Made by a program: the position numbers and the translations under genes. A stretch of DNA of 52,504 bases. Origin: Clostridiaceae bacterium (GTDB lineage Bacteria; Bacillota; Clostridia; Christensenellales; CAG-138). The notes beneath the pieces are model-generated. The model did not search any database, was not told where the DNA came from, and was given only the letters and a program-made list of their open reading frames with translations. Shown here piece after piece: positions 17,809 through 26,179 of the stretch. The stretch is taken from assembly GCA_039680365.1 (NCBI GenBank), contig JBDKTD010000088.1, positions 1-52,504 of the forward strand, given 5' to 3'. How positions within the stretch are numbered: the stretch's first letter is position 1; the number at the start of each line of letters is the position of its first letter.

Positions 17809-19329
17809 TTACGCTCCTTTTTCCACAACGTCCACGGCGGCCAGCTGCATGACGCTGTTTTCGCTGATGTCGTCGCAGTCGATTACGCCCGCGATCCGCC
17901 CGCCGTTCATTACGGCAATCCGGTCGGAGAGCGTAATGAGCTCCGGCAGGTCCGAGCTGAAGCAAAGAACGGAAACGCCGCTGTTGACGATTTCGTTGAG
18001 CAGGCGGAGAATTTCCAGCTTCGCGCCGACGTCGATGCCGCGCGTGGGCTCGTTGACGATTAAAAATTTGGGTTTCGTGCCAAGGCAGACAGAGAGCATG
18101 ACCTTTTGCTGGTTTCCGCCGGAGAGGCTGCTTGGCTTGTCGTAAATCGAGTTCAGCACAATGGAAAACTGGCGCACGTAGGAAAGCGTGTAGTCCTCCA
18201 TCGCCTTGCGGGAGAGCAGCGCGCCCTTTGTCAGCCGGTCAATCACGGGAATCGCCATATTATCCGCAATGGACATGTTAAATAAGAGCCCCGCGTCCTT
18301 GCGGTTGTTGTTTAAGAAAATGATGCCTTTTGCAATCATCGCCGTGGGCGTAATGGGCTTGATCTCCTTGCCTTCAAACAGGAGCTTGCCGCTGTCCTTG
18401 CCGTGCAGGCCGAACATCATGCGCGAGAACTCGTAGGTGCCGGAGCCTTCCAGCCCGAACACGCCCATAATCTCTCCGTGCCGCACGCCGAGGGAGGCAT
18501 TTATGACCGTTTTGCCCTTGGTAAAATTCTGCGCGTCGAACACGATTTCCGCGTCCGCGGGTACGGTGGAACGCTTTTTGGAATAGATGCTCTTTTCAAA
18601 ATCGCGCCCGACCATGCTGCTGATGAGCATGTTTTCGGTGAGATGCGCGTCGTTGATAAAGGTGTTGATAAACATGCCGTCTCGCAGAACCGTCACGCGG
18701 TCGGAAATCTCCATGATCTCCGAAATGCGGTGGGAGATGTAGATAATCGTCATCCCGCCGTCGCGCAGTTTTTTAAGCGTGCGCATGAGGTTTTCCGCTT
18801 CCTGCGTGTTCAGGCCGGACGTCGGTTCGTCCAGCAGCACGATCTTGGCGTTTTCGGAGAGCGCGCGCAGAATCTCCACCATCTGCTGGACGGAGAGACG
18901 CAAGTCCCCCATCTTCGCTTCCGGGTCAATCGCCATGTCGAATCGCGCGGCCGCCTGCTTGACCTTTTCGATCAGCTGCTTTTTCGGGATCAATCTATGC
19001 TTGCCTTCCCGGTAGGGAAAGATGTTTTCATATACGGTAAGGTTTTCAAAGATCGAAAGCTCCTGATGGACAACCGTAATCCCCGCCGCCTGAGACGCCA
19101 GAGGATGGAACGACTTGACCGGTTCGCCGTCGATTAAAATCGAGCCGCTGTCCGGCGCGTGTTCGCCGGAGAGCACCTTGATAAGCGTGGACTTGCCCGC
19201 GCCGTTTTCGCCGAGCAGAGTATGAATTTCGCCGCGGCGGATATTGAAGCTGACGTCCTTGAGCGCGTGCACCGCGCCAAAGCTCTTGGAAATGCCGCAC
19301 ACTTCCAATATGTTCTCGTTCTGCTGCAT
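17809..19329 (-). CDS. Sugar ABC transporter ATP-binding protein, duplicated ATPase (RbsA/MglA-like)
   Basis: 506 aa. Walker A GENGAGKST, Walker B IVLLDEPTSGL, second-half signature LSGGNQQKV and FLIVNEPTRGID. Confidence 0.95.
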   Translation of the reverse strand: MQQNENILEVCGISKSFGAVHALKDVSFNIRRGEIHTLLGENGAGKSTLIKVLSGEHAPDSGSILIDGEPVKSFHPLASQAAGITVVHQELSIFENLTVYENIFPYREGKHRLIPKKQLIEKVKQAAARFDMAIDPEAKMGDLRLSVQQMVEILRALSENAKIVLLDEPTSGLNTQEAENLMRTLKKLRDGGMTIIYISHRISEIMEISDRVTVLRDGMFINTFINDAHLTENMLISSMVGRDFEKSIYSKKRSTVPADAEIVFDAQNFTKGKTVINASLGVRHGEIMGVFGLEGSGTYEFSRMMFGLHGKDSGKLLFEGKEIKPITPTAMIAKGIIFLNNNRKDAGLLFNMSIADNMAIPVIDRLTKGALLSRKAMEDYTLSYVRQFSIVLNSIYDKPSSLSGGNQQKVMLSVCLGTKPKFLIVNEPTRGIDVGAKLEILRLLNEIVNSGVSVLCFSSDLPELITLSDRIAVMNGGRIAGVIDCDDISENSVMQLAAVDVVEKGA

Positions 19330-19403
19330 GGAACTAACTCCTTACATAAGAATATGGCTGCCCCCGAAGCTACACTCCGAGGGCAGCCATTCTGGCGAAT
19401 GAC

Positions 19404-20465
19404 TTATTGATAGAACTCGTAGTCCAGCTGCGGCATGTTCTCGCTCATGAAGTTGTCAACGTTGTCCTTCGTGATAAAGACAGTACCATTGTAGCAGACT
19501 TCCGGCACGGCGTTAACACCGGCTGCGGCGTTGTCGCCCGAAAGGGGCAGGTTCTGCATGCCATCCTTAACGATTCCGTTGAGCATGAGCAGAGCAAGGA
19601 ACGGCATAGACGCGGTCTTGTTGATCAGCGTGCAGTTGAGGTAACCGGACTTGATGTACTCAAGGGTGAGCACTTCGCGGTCATGCACGATCGCGGTGAT
19701 GGAGCCGGGCGCCCGGCCGAGCTCTTCCATGGCGGAGCCGATGCCCGCGCCGGAGCTGGAGTCGAGGCCGACGATGGCGGTCATGTCCGCATAGTTTTTG
19801 AACGCGGTCTTGGCCTGTTCGATGGCGGTTTCGGTGACGGCCTTGTCGTCGAGCTTGGCGATGACTTCCCAGGTGGTGTTGGCGGCCAGATAGTCTTCAA
19901 AGCCCTTGAGCTTTGCGTCCGTGTTGGCGGCGCCCCAGTTGCCCATTACGACGACCTTGCCGGTGTCGCCCGCGTATTCCACGAGCTTCTTGGCGGTCTT
20001 CATGCCGGAGTCGTAGTTGTCCAGACCGATGTAGGAAACGACGTTCGCGCCTTCCATGGTGGACTCAATTGCCACAACCGGAATGCCCGCCGCCGCTGCC
20101 GCGTCGAGGCCCGGCAGAAGAGAAGCGTCGAATACCGGCGTGATGATGCCGTCCGGCTTCTTGGTGATGACCTGCTCCAGAGCGGCGGCCTGTCCCTGCG
20201 GATCCCAATCGTCCGGGCCGGTGCGGATCACGGTGACGCCGAGCTGCTTTGCGGCATACTCGAAGCCCTGATGGACGTCGTACCAGTAGGGGTGATTGTT
20301 GTTGACGCCGACATAGTAGTATACGATTTCCTTGTCGGTTGCGGTGCTTCCGGCCGCTGCGGGCTCGGCGGCCGCGGCTGTATCCGTTGCGGGAACTGCG
20401 CAGCCAAACAGCGTGAGCAGCATCGCCACGGCACATGCCAATGCGATAGCTTTCGACGGTTTCAT
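19404..20465 (-). CDS. Sugar ABC substrate-binding lipoprotein (Peripla_BP_4 / RbsB-like)
   Basis: 353 aa. Lipobox LTLFGC, an Ala-rich linker, then a periplasmic-binding fold. Strong RBS AGGAGGAG. Confidence 0.9.
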   Translation of the reverse strand: MKPSKAIALACAVAMLLTLFGCAVPATDTAAAAEPAAAGSTATDKEIVYYYVGVNNNHPYWYDVHQGFEYAAKQLGVTVIRTGPDDWDPQGQAAALEQVITKKPDGIITPVFDASLLPGLDAAAAAGIPVVAIESTMEGANVVSYIGLDNYDSGMKTAKKLVEYAGDTGKVVVMGNWGAANTDAKLKGFEDYLAANTTWEVIAKLDDKAVTETAIEQAKTAFKNYADMTAIVGLDSSSGAGIGSAMEELGRAPGSITAIVHDREVLTLEYIKSGYLNCTLINKTASMPFLALLMLNGIVKDGMQNLPLSGDNAAAGVNAVPEVCYNGTVFITKDNVDNFMSENMPQLDYEFYQ

Positions 20466-20587
20466 GATAACTCCTCCTATAAAATAGTTTAGGTGGGAAC
20501 GCTGCTGATTCAGCAGACAATTGAAGTTCGTTTTGCGGTTGCTTGCTTTCTCTGAAAAATGGATTCTGATCTCGATCGGATGCGCTT

Positions 20588-20616
20588 ATTATATAAAACA
20601 TTTATTTATGTGTCAA
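20588..20616 (-). promoter_or_regulatory. Consensus sigma-A promoter for the CUT2 ABC operon
   Basis: Minus strand reads TTGACA-cataaataaatgtttta(17)-TATAAT, a perfect -35/-10 with optimal spacing. The leader to ATG 20465 is about 115 nt. Confidence 0.6.
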
Positions 20617-20875
20617 TATATAAATAAATTGTGTTTTTTCTGTGCTGTGTTCACTCTTTTCAGCTCGCCAGCTTTTTCTTTGCCTTTCATTATTCTAAAT
20701 ATACCGCACCAAACGGAATTCCCCAATCCTGCTCGCTCGATCTTTTTTCCCTTTGTTTTCATATATATATTGTGCCAAACGAAATTTTCACCAGAAAAAC
20801 TATCTGATACGAAAGTTATCTCCCGTTGCTTGCACCATCTCCGTTTCGCAGCAATCTCTCCTCCCCACCACCCTC

Positions 20876-20904
20876 TTGACACGCCGTAAAAAAAGTTTTA
20901 CGAT
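20876..20904 (+). promoter_or_regulatory. Candidate promoter of the TrmB-headed alpha-glucan locus
   Basis: TTGACA (20876-20881), 17 nt spacer, TACGAT (20899-20904). Confidence 0.4.
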
Positions 20905-20916
20905 GGTATTGTTCTT

Positions 20917-20940
20917 TAGTAGTAATGGTCATTACCACTA
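20917..20940. promoter_or_regulatory. 24-bp near-perfect palindrome, candidate operator
   Basis: TAGTAGTAATGG/TCATTACCACTA: the 11-nt arms match 10/11. It lies between the candidate -10 and the TrmB start codon at 20960. Confidence 0.4.
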
Positions 20941-20959
20941 TTCATTTTCGGGAGAAAAC

Positions 20960-21808
20960 ATGGATATTTACGAGCTTTTTAAAGAAATCGGCTTTTCGAT
21001 CAACGAAGCCAAGGTCTACACCGCGCTGATCGGCAAAAACCCGATCAACGGCTACGAAGTCGCCAAGCGTTCCAACGTAACGCGAACGATGGTTTACGAC
21101 ATCCTCAACCGTATGGTCGGCAAGGGCGTTGTGGAAACCATTATGCAGGGCGGCACGACGCTCTACGCCCCCGTGCCATACAAGGAGCTGTTTCAGCGTC
21201 TCCGGCAGGACTACAACAGCCGCCTTGAGGAGATGGAACTCACCCTCGACAGCATGGAATCCGAGCAACAGGACGGCAGCCTGATTAAAAACATTCCCGA
21301 CTACGAAGCGATGGTCGCCGAAATCCGCGCCCTCATCCGCAGCGCCAAGCACGAAATCTACCTCTCGATCTGGGAAGAGGAAGCGCTCCTGTTTGCCGAC
21401 GATCTAAAGGAGATGTCCGCGCTCGGCGTCAACATCATCACCTTTTCGTTCTGCAGTACGCCGTTCCACTTTGGCGTCAACTATACCTACGATATCCCCT
21501 CCAAGGAGCTCTACAAAATCTGGAGCCGCCGCAGGATTACGGTTGTCGTGGATCGCGAGCGGATTTTGATTGGCGAAGGCAACGACGCCATCGACGAAAT
21601 CAGCATCATCACCAGCAACACCATGCTGGTAGAGATGTCCATCGACCAGATTCTTTTGGATATCATCCATCTGCACTCGCTCAAGCAAAGCGGTTTTCTG
21701 CCGGAACACATCACGTCTATCGAGCAGTACAACGCGGCGACCGCGCGCTTTCAGCAGCAGCTGCATCTGGATCTTTCGCGTCTGCCAAAGAGGGCGGATC
21801 AGGACTAG
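20960..21808 (+). CDS. TrmB-family sugar-responsive transcriptional regulator
   Basis: The ORF track begins at 20753. The in-frame ATG 20960 (GGAGAAAAC upstream) gives MDIYELFKEIGFSINEAKVYTALIGKNPINGYEVAKRSNVTRTMVYDILNRMVGKGVV, a TrmB winged helix. The upstream 69 codons are low-complexity AT-rich promoter sequence. Confidence 0.85.
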   Translation: MDIYELFKEIGFSINEAKVYTALIGKNPINGYEVAKRSNVTRTMVYDILNRMVGKGVVETIMQGGTTLYAPVPYKELFQRLRQDYNSRLEEMELTLDSMESEQQDGSLIKNIPDYEAMVAEIRALIRSAKHEIYLSIWEEEALLFADDLKEMSALGVNIITFSFCSTPFHFGVNYTYDIPSKELYKIWSRRRITVVVDRERILIGEGNDAIDEISIITSNTMLVEMSIDQILLDIIHLHSLKQSGFLPEHITSIEQYNAATARFQQQLHLDLSRLPKRADQD

Positions 21809-21826
21809 CCGAAAAGAGGAACCAGT

Positions 21827-22918
21827 ATGTTTTTAACGTTTGACCAGTACCGTCCGGGCGCGGACGAGCTCATGGGGCGTGTAGACGCCTGCTTTACGGA
21901 CGCGGTTGCAAAGAAACCCGGCCATCTTTTGCTGCGAACCCTGATGCCAACCGATATCTCGCTATACGAAAACCTCAAGCTCAACACGTTCGATTTTGAA
22001 TCCGAAGCGGGAATCGACCGCTATATGGACGAACTCTGCGCGCAGTATCACAAGAGTTTTGCCGCGCGGGAAGGCATTTTGGACGACGCGGTGCCCGTGG
22101 TCTCCCCTGTGCTCGGCATTGGCGACTACAGCGCGTTTGTCGCGGGCGATATCGCGTTTGCGGTGGATACAAGCTGGAGCAAGCCCTTGCTAGCGGAAGT
22201 TGGCGACTATAAAAAGCTCCCGCCAATCGGCACTTCCATTTGGTACAAACGGTTCTTGCTGATCTGCGACAAGCTCATGAGCGCAATGGGAACCTGCGGC
22301 CTGCCCTTTACGCGCGGGTTCTTTTCGCCAATGGACCTCGCTGGCGCGCTGCGCGGCGAAGGACTCTACTTCGACTTTTACGACGATCCGGACGAACTAA
22401 AGGGTCTTCTCGACTACTGCGCGGACGTGACCATCCGCTTTGCCGAGGATCTCTACGCGCTGGCGGAACGGCACCTTGGTCAAACAAAATACGGAACGTT
22501 CTACCTGCGCGACAAGATCAACATGAGCGAGGATATCTCCTGTATGATCTCCGGCGAGCTCTACCGGACGTTTGCCGCGCCCGCTACCCAAAAGGTCATC
22601 GATCACTTTGGAGTTGGGCACATGCACACGCATTCGCGCGCCATGTATCTGGTCAAGGAGATCTGCGCGCTCAAAAACGTTGCCAACCTGTGGCTCGCCA
22701 CCGACCCGAACCAGCCGCGCCCCATAGAGCACATCAAAGAACTCTGCGCGGACTCCAACGGCGTCTGCATCGCCATCGACTGCGCAAACACGGACGAAAT
22801 CGAGCGCAATCTTGACGAACTCAAGCACGGCAACTTCTCCATCTGCATGCCTGTTGCTTCCTATGAAGAAGCGCAAACAGCCGCCGCGCAATTCGATCGT
22901 TATCGCGTGAGGGGTTAA
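21827..22918 (+). CDS. Hypothetical protein, suspected distant URO-D/MtaA-like TIM-barrel fold
   Basis: 363 aa with RBS AGAGGA. The motif order GLPFTRGFFSPMDLAGALRGEGLYFDFYDDPDELKGLLDY...MSEDISCMISGELYRTFAAP...GHMHTHS resembles the uroporphyrinogen-decarboxylase superfamily. The gene is well supported; the family call is weak. Confidence 0.55.
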   Translation: MFLTFDQYRPGADELMGRVDACFTDAVAKKPGHLLLRTLMPTDISLYENLKLNTFDFESEAGIDRYMDELCAQYHKSFAAREGILDDAVPVVSPVLGIGDYSAFVAGDIAFAVDTSWSKPLLAEVGDYKKLPPIGTSIWYKRFLLICDKLMSAMGTCGLPFTRGFFSPMDLAGALRGEGLYFDFYDDPDELKGLLDYCADVTIRFAEDLYALAERHLGQTKYGTFYLRDKINMSEDISCMISGELYRTFAAPATQKVIDHFGVGHMHTHSRAMYLVKEICALKNVANLWLATDPNQPRPIEHIKELCADSNGVCIAIDCANTDEIERNLDELKHGNFSICMPVASYEEAQTAAAQFDRYRVRG

Positions 22919-22921
22919 ATC

Positions 22922-25285
22922 ATGAAACGTTTTCCCGTGCTCTGCCTGCTGACCGCCGCAATAGCCGCGGTTTCGTTTGCGCAGCCTTCTTCCGTGGCAC
23001 GCGCGGAGGGCGGCGGTGAGCAGAGTGATTCCGAAAGCGCTTCCGCCGGAACCGTCAAGGTCTGGTTTGGCGCAAACGAGGAGGAAAACGCGGTTCTGCG
23101 GCAGATTGCCGAGCGTTTCGAGCAGGAGACGGGCATTGCCGTCGAGGTTGTGGCACGGCGCGCCATCTTCGACGCGCCAACCGATCTTGTCAACTACGCC
23201 CAGCTAGAGGAAGCGCCGGACATCGTCTATATGCAGGCGCCGGATATCGGCACGCTTGTGCGCTCCGGTTTTCTTGAGCCGCTCGATTTTTCCGCGGAAA
23301 CAAAGAGCCGTTTTACGGATGTTGCGTTCAGTGCGTTTTCGCTGAACGGATCATGCTACGGCGTGGGCTACAACAACAGCACATCGGGACTTTTATATAA
23401 CAAAACGCTCATTTCCGAAGACGAGCTGCCTAAAACCTGGGACGGATTCTTTGCCACCGCAGAACGCCTGACCCTGCCGGACGTAAAAGGCTGGTATTCG
23501 CAGTTCGGGAAGCTTCTCAACGTACGCAACATGTGGTTTGTGTATCCTATTATCAAGGAATGCGGCGGCTACTACTACGGCCGGCTTGCGGACGGAACCT
23601 ATAACCCCTACGACGTGGGACTCGACAGCGCGGGTATGCTGCAGTACGTGGAGAAGATGAAGGAACTGCAGCAAAAGGGACTCATTCTCGGCACGCGCGT
23701 GGCGAGCGAAAGCAACATTGTCAGCGCTTTTGGCGAAGGCAAAGTCGCCATGATGCTCTACGGGCTCTGGTCGGCGGACTACCTCAAAGGGCTTAACCTG
23801 GACTACGGCATCGCTCCCTTGCCCGCCGGGAGCAACGGCGAAGCATCCCGTCCGCTTACCACAGTGGAAGGCTTTGTCGTCAACCACTATTCGCGCCATC
23901 CGAGCGCAGCAAAGCAGTTTTTGAACTATATGCTGGAGGACGAAAACCAGCAGTCGCTGATCGAGGCGGGTAATGGGTATGCGCAGAAGACCGGCGCGCG
24001 GAATCCCACGAATATGTCCGTAATCGCCAGCGACTATATTCAGAGCGACGATATCCTGAAAAACCTCAGCGCCATTGGGGAAAACAGCGAACCGTTCCCG
24101 AACATCCCCGAAGGCACGATTTGGTATAACTACACGACGACGGCGTTCGGCACGATCTTTTACGGCGACAGCAGCGGAAAAGCCGTGGACGCGGAAGTCA
24201 AGCTGCACGAACTGGCCGATGCGGTGCGCGCGGATGTTGCGCGCATGAACGAAACCACCGAGCGGGTGGATATTCCCTGGTGGGCGTTCGCCGTCTGCGG
24301 GGTTCTGTTTGTGCTGGGCGTTTCGCTTGCGTTCTTCCGCCGCCAGAAGCGGCGTGCGCAGAACCCTCTGGAACTCCCCGCGCGCTACCCCAAACATTCC
24401 GCGCTGATCGGCTGGGGGCTGATGACGCCGCTGATCTGCCTGCTTGCGCTGTTTTATATTTACCCGATTCTCCATAACATCGCGCTTTCGCTGACGAACT
24501 ACAGCAGCATCCATCTGAGTGACTACGAATACGTGGGTGCAGCGAACTACAAGAACATCCTGACCGAGGGCGTGCAGGGGCTGCTCTCGATGCTGCTCTG
24601 GACTGTGCTGTTCGCAGTCTCGGTTGTGACGCTCGCGTTCATCCTCGGAACGTTCATCGCAACGCTTTTAGAGCGCGTCGGGGTCCGTGTCGGCCGCGCG
24701 TACCGGGTGGTGTTCATCCTGCCTTGGGTCATCCCGACCGTGATTACGCTTTTAATGTGGCAGGGATTGCTGGAAACCGACGGCGGGCTGGTCAACCAGT
24801 TGCTGGGGCTTGTCGGCGTTCCCGCCATCCCCTGGCTCAGCGACCCCGTTTGGGCGCGGGTGAGTTCCATCCTCGTGATGGTGTGGTTTGCGTTTCCATA
24901 CTTCATGGTGGTGGCGTTCGGCATCCTCAAGTCCATCCCGCGGGATTACTTCGAGGCCGCGCGCATCGACGGCGCAAGCAACGCCCATATCTTCCGCTCC
25001 ATTACGCTGCCCATCGTGTTCAAAGCCATGAAGCCTACGCTGATTATGTCGCTTATTATGCAGTTCAACCAGTTCGGCATCTACCTGCTCACGCAGGGCG
25101 GCCCCGCTTCGGACAAGCTCGGCGCGCCGGGCGCCACCGACCTGTTGATTACCTACATCTTCAACACCGCGTTCAACACCGGCAGTTACGCCAAAGCCGC
25201 GGCCTACTCGGTGATCCTGTTCCTCTTTATCGGCACCTTCTCGCTCGTTGCCATGAACCGCGGCAGCCGAAAGGAGGCGGAGTGA
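22922..25285 (+). CDS. Fused extracellular solute-binding protein + CUT1 ABC permease (MalE-like domain joined to a MalF-like domain)
   Basis: 787 aa. Signal peptide MKRFPVLCLLTAAIAAVSFA. A ~430-aa binding domain follows (TVKVWFG...MMLYGLWSADYL). A TM segment WWAFAVCGVLFVLGVSLAFF lies near nt 24270. The six-TM permease carries the EAA loop EAARIDGASNAHIFRSITLP. Confidence 0.9.
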   Translation: MKRFPVLCLLTAAIAAVSFAQPSSVARAEGGGEQSDSESASAGTVKVWFGANEEENAVLRQIAERFEQETGIAVEVVARRAIFDAPTDLVNYAQLEEAPDIVYMQAPDIGTLVRSGFLEPLDFSAETKSRFTDVAFSAFSLNGSCYGVGYNNSTSGLLYNKTLISEDELPKTWDGFFATAERLTLPDVKGWYSQFGKLLNVRNMWFVYPIIKECGGYYYGRLADGTYNPYDVGLDSAGMLQYVEKMKELQQKGLILGTRVASESNIVSAFGEGKVAMMLYGLWSADYLKGLNLDYGIAPLPAGSNGEASRPLTTVEGFVVNHYSRHPSAAKQFLNYMLEDENQQSLIEAGNGYAQKTGARNPTNMSVIASDYIQSDDILKNLSAIGENSEPFPNIPEGTIWYNYTTTAFGTIFYGDSSGKAVDAEVKLHELADAVRADVARMNETTERVDIPWWAFAVCGVLFVLGVSLAFFRRQKRRAQNPLELPARYPKHSALIGWGLMTPLICLLALFYIYPILHNIALSLTNYSSIHLSDYEYVGAANYKNILTEGVQGLLSMLLWTVLFAVSVVTLAFILGTFIATLLERVGVRVGRAYRVVFILPWVIPTVITLLMWQGLLETDGGLVNQLLGLVGVPAIPWLSDPVWARVSSILVMVWFAFPYFMVVAFGILKSIPRDYFEAARIDGASNAHIFRSITLPIVFKAMKPTLIMSLIMQFNQFGIYLLTQGGPASDKLGAPGATDLLITYIFNTAFNTGSYAKAAAYSVILFLFIGTFSLVAMNRGSRKEAE

Positions 25286-25286
25286 C

Positions 25287-26111
25287 ATGAAGCGCAGGCT
25301 CTCCCGTTTTCTAATTCAGGCATTCCTGCTCGTGCTCGCCATCTGCGTGCTTGTTCCGTTCGTCTACATCGTGCTTATCTCGTTCGGCAAGCACGTTTCG
25401 GGCACAAGCACCGTGGTACCGAAGGAATTCACGCTGGAAAACTACATAAAGCTCTTTACCCAGACCGGTTTTCTGCGCTGGATGGGCAACTCGCTGTTTG
25501 TGGCGCTCGGCACAACGCTGATCGCGGTTGCACTCGTTTCCGTTTCCGTTTACGTGTTCTCGCGGATGCGGTTTCGCGGGCGGATGCAGCTCTTTAACGC
25601 CGTGCTGCTGATACAGATCTTCCCGCTGACGCTTTCGATGGTCTCGCTGTTTCATATTTTTGTGCAGTTCGACCTCGTCAACAAGCTCCTAGGTCTGATC
25701 CTCGTGGACTCCGCCATCTCGTCTGCGGGGCTTGTGCTGCTGGCGAAAGGGTATTTCGACACGATTCCCTACGAGCTGGACGAGGCCGCCATGATCGACG
25801 GCGCGAACAAATGGCAGATCATCACGCATATTACGCTGCCGCTGGCAAAGCCCATGCTCGCGGTAATCGCTATCCAGAGCTTCGTGATTTCCTACAACGA
25901 GTACGTCATCGCGAGCACCATCATGTCCGAAGGGCTCGACCGCTTTCCGCTCGCGGTCGCGCTGCAAAGCATGATCACCGGCCAGTACGGCCAGAACTGG
26001 AGCCTCTACTGCGCGGCGGCGGTGCTTGGCAGCATCCCGATGCTGGTGCTGTTTTACTCGCTCCAGAACTACTTCATCGGCGGGCTGACCGAGGGCGGAA
26101 CAAAGGGTTAA
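25287..26111 (+). CDS. CUT1 sugar ABC permease (MalG-like)
   Basis: 274 aa, six TM segments, EAA loop DEAAMIDGANKWQIITHITLP. Confidence 0.9.
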   Translation: MKRRLSRFLIQAFLLVLAICVLVPFVYIVLISFGKHVSGTSTVVPKEFTLENYIKLFTQTGFLRWMGNSLFVALGTTLIAVALVSVSVYVFSRMRFRGRMQLFNAVLLIQIFPLTLSMVSLFHIFVQFDLVNKLLGLILVDSAISSAGLVLLAKGYFDTIPYELDEAAMIDGANKWQIITHITLPLAKPMLAVIAIQSFVISYNEYVIASTIMSEGLDRFPLAVALQSMITGQYGQNWSLYCAAAVLGSIPMLVLFYSLQNYFIGGLTEGGTKG

Positions 26112-26179
26112 CGACAAAAAAAGCTTCTCCCGCGCGGGTTTTTCACCCAAACGGAGTATACGCAAAACACAGGAGAATT

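Noticed and set aside
20753-20959. Upstream 69-codon extension of the TrmB ORF, and similar extensions of the kinase (44181-44282), the orphan binding protein (46665-46763) and the permease (37882-37941)
   Set aside because: The extensions run through AT-rich promoter or intergenic sequence or lack an RBS. Internal ATGs with an RBS give canonical N-termini (winged helix, signal peptides).
25811-26179. N-terminal extension of the GH13 ORF (684 aa as listed), overlapping the permease gene
   Set aside because: The extension is Arg/His-rich and overlaps the 3' end of the MalG-like gene in another frame. The in-frame ATG 26180 has an AGGAG RBS and begins the conserved N-domain.
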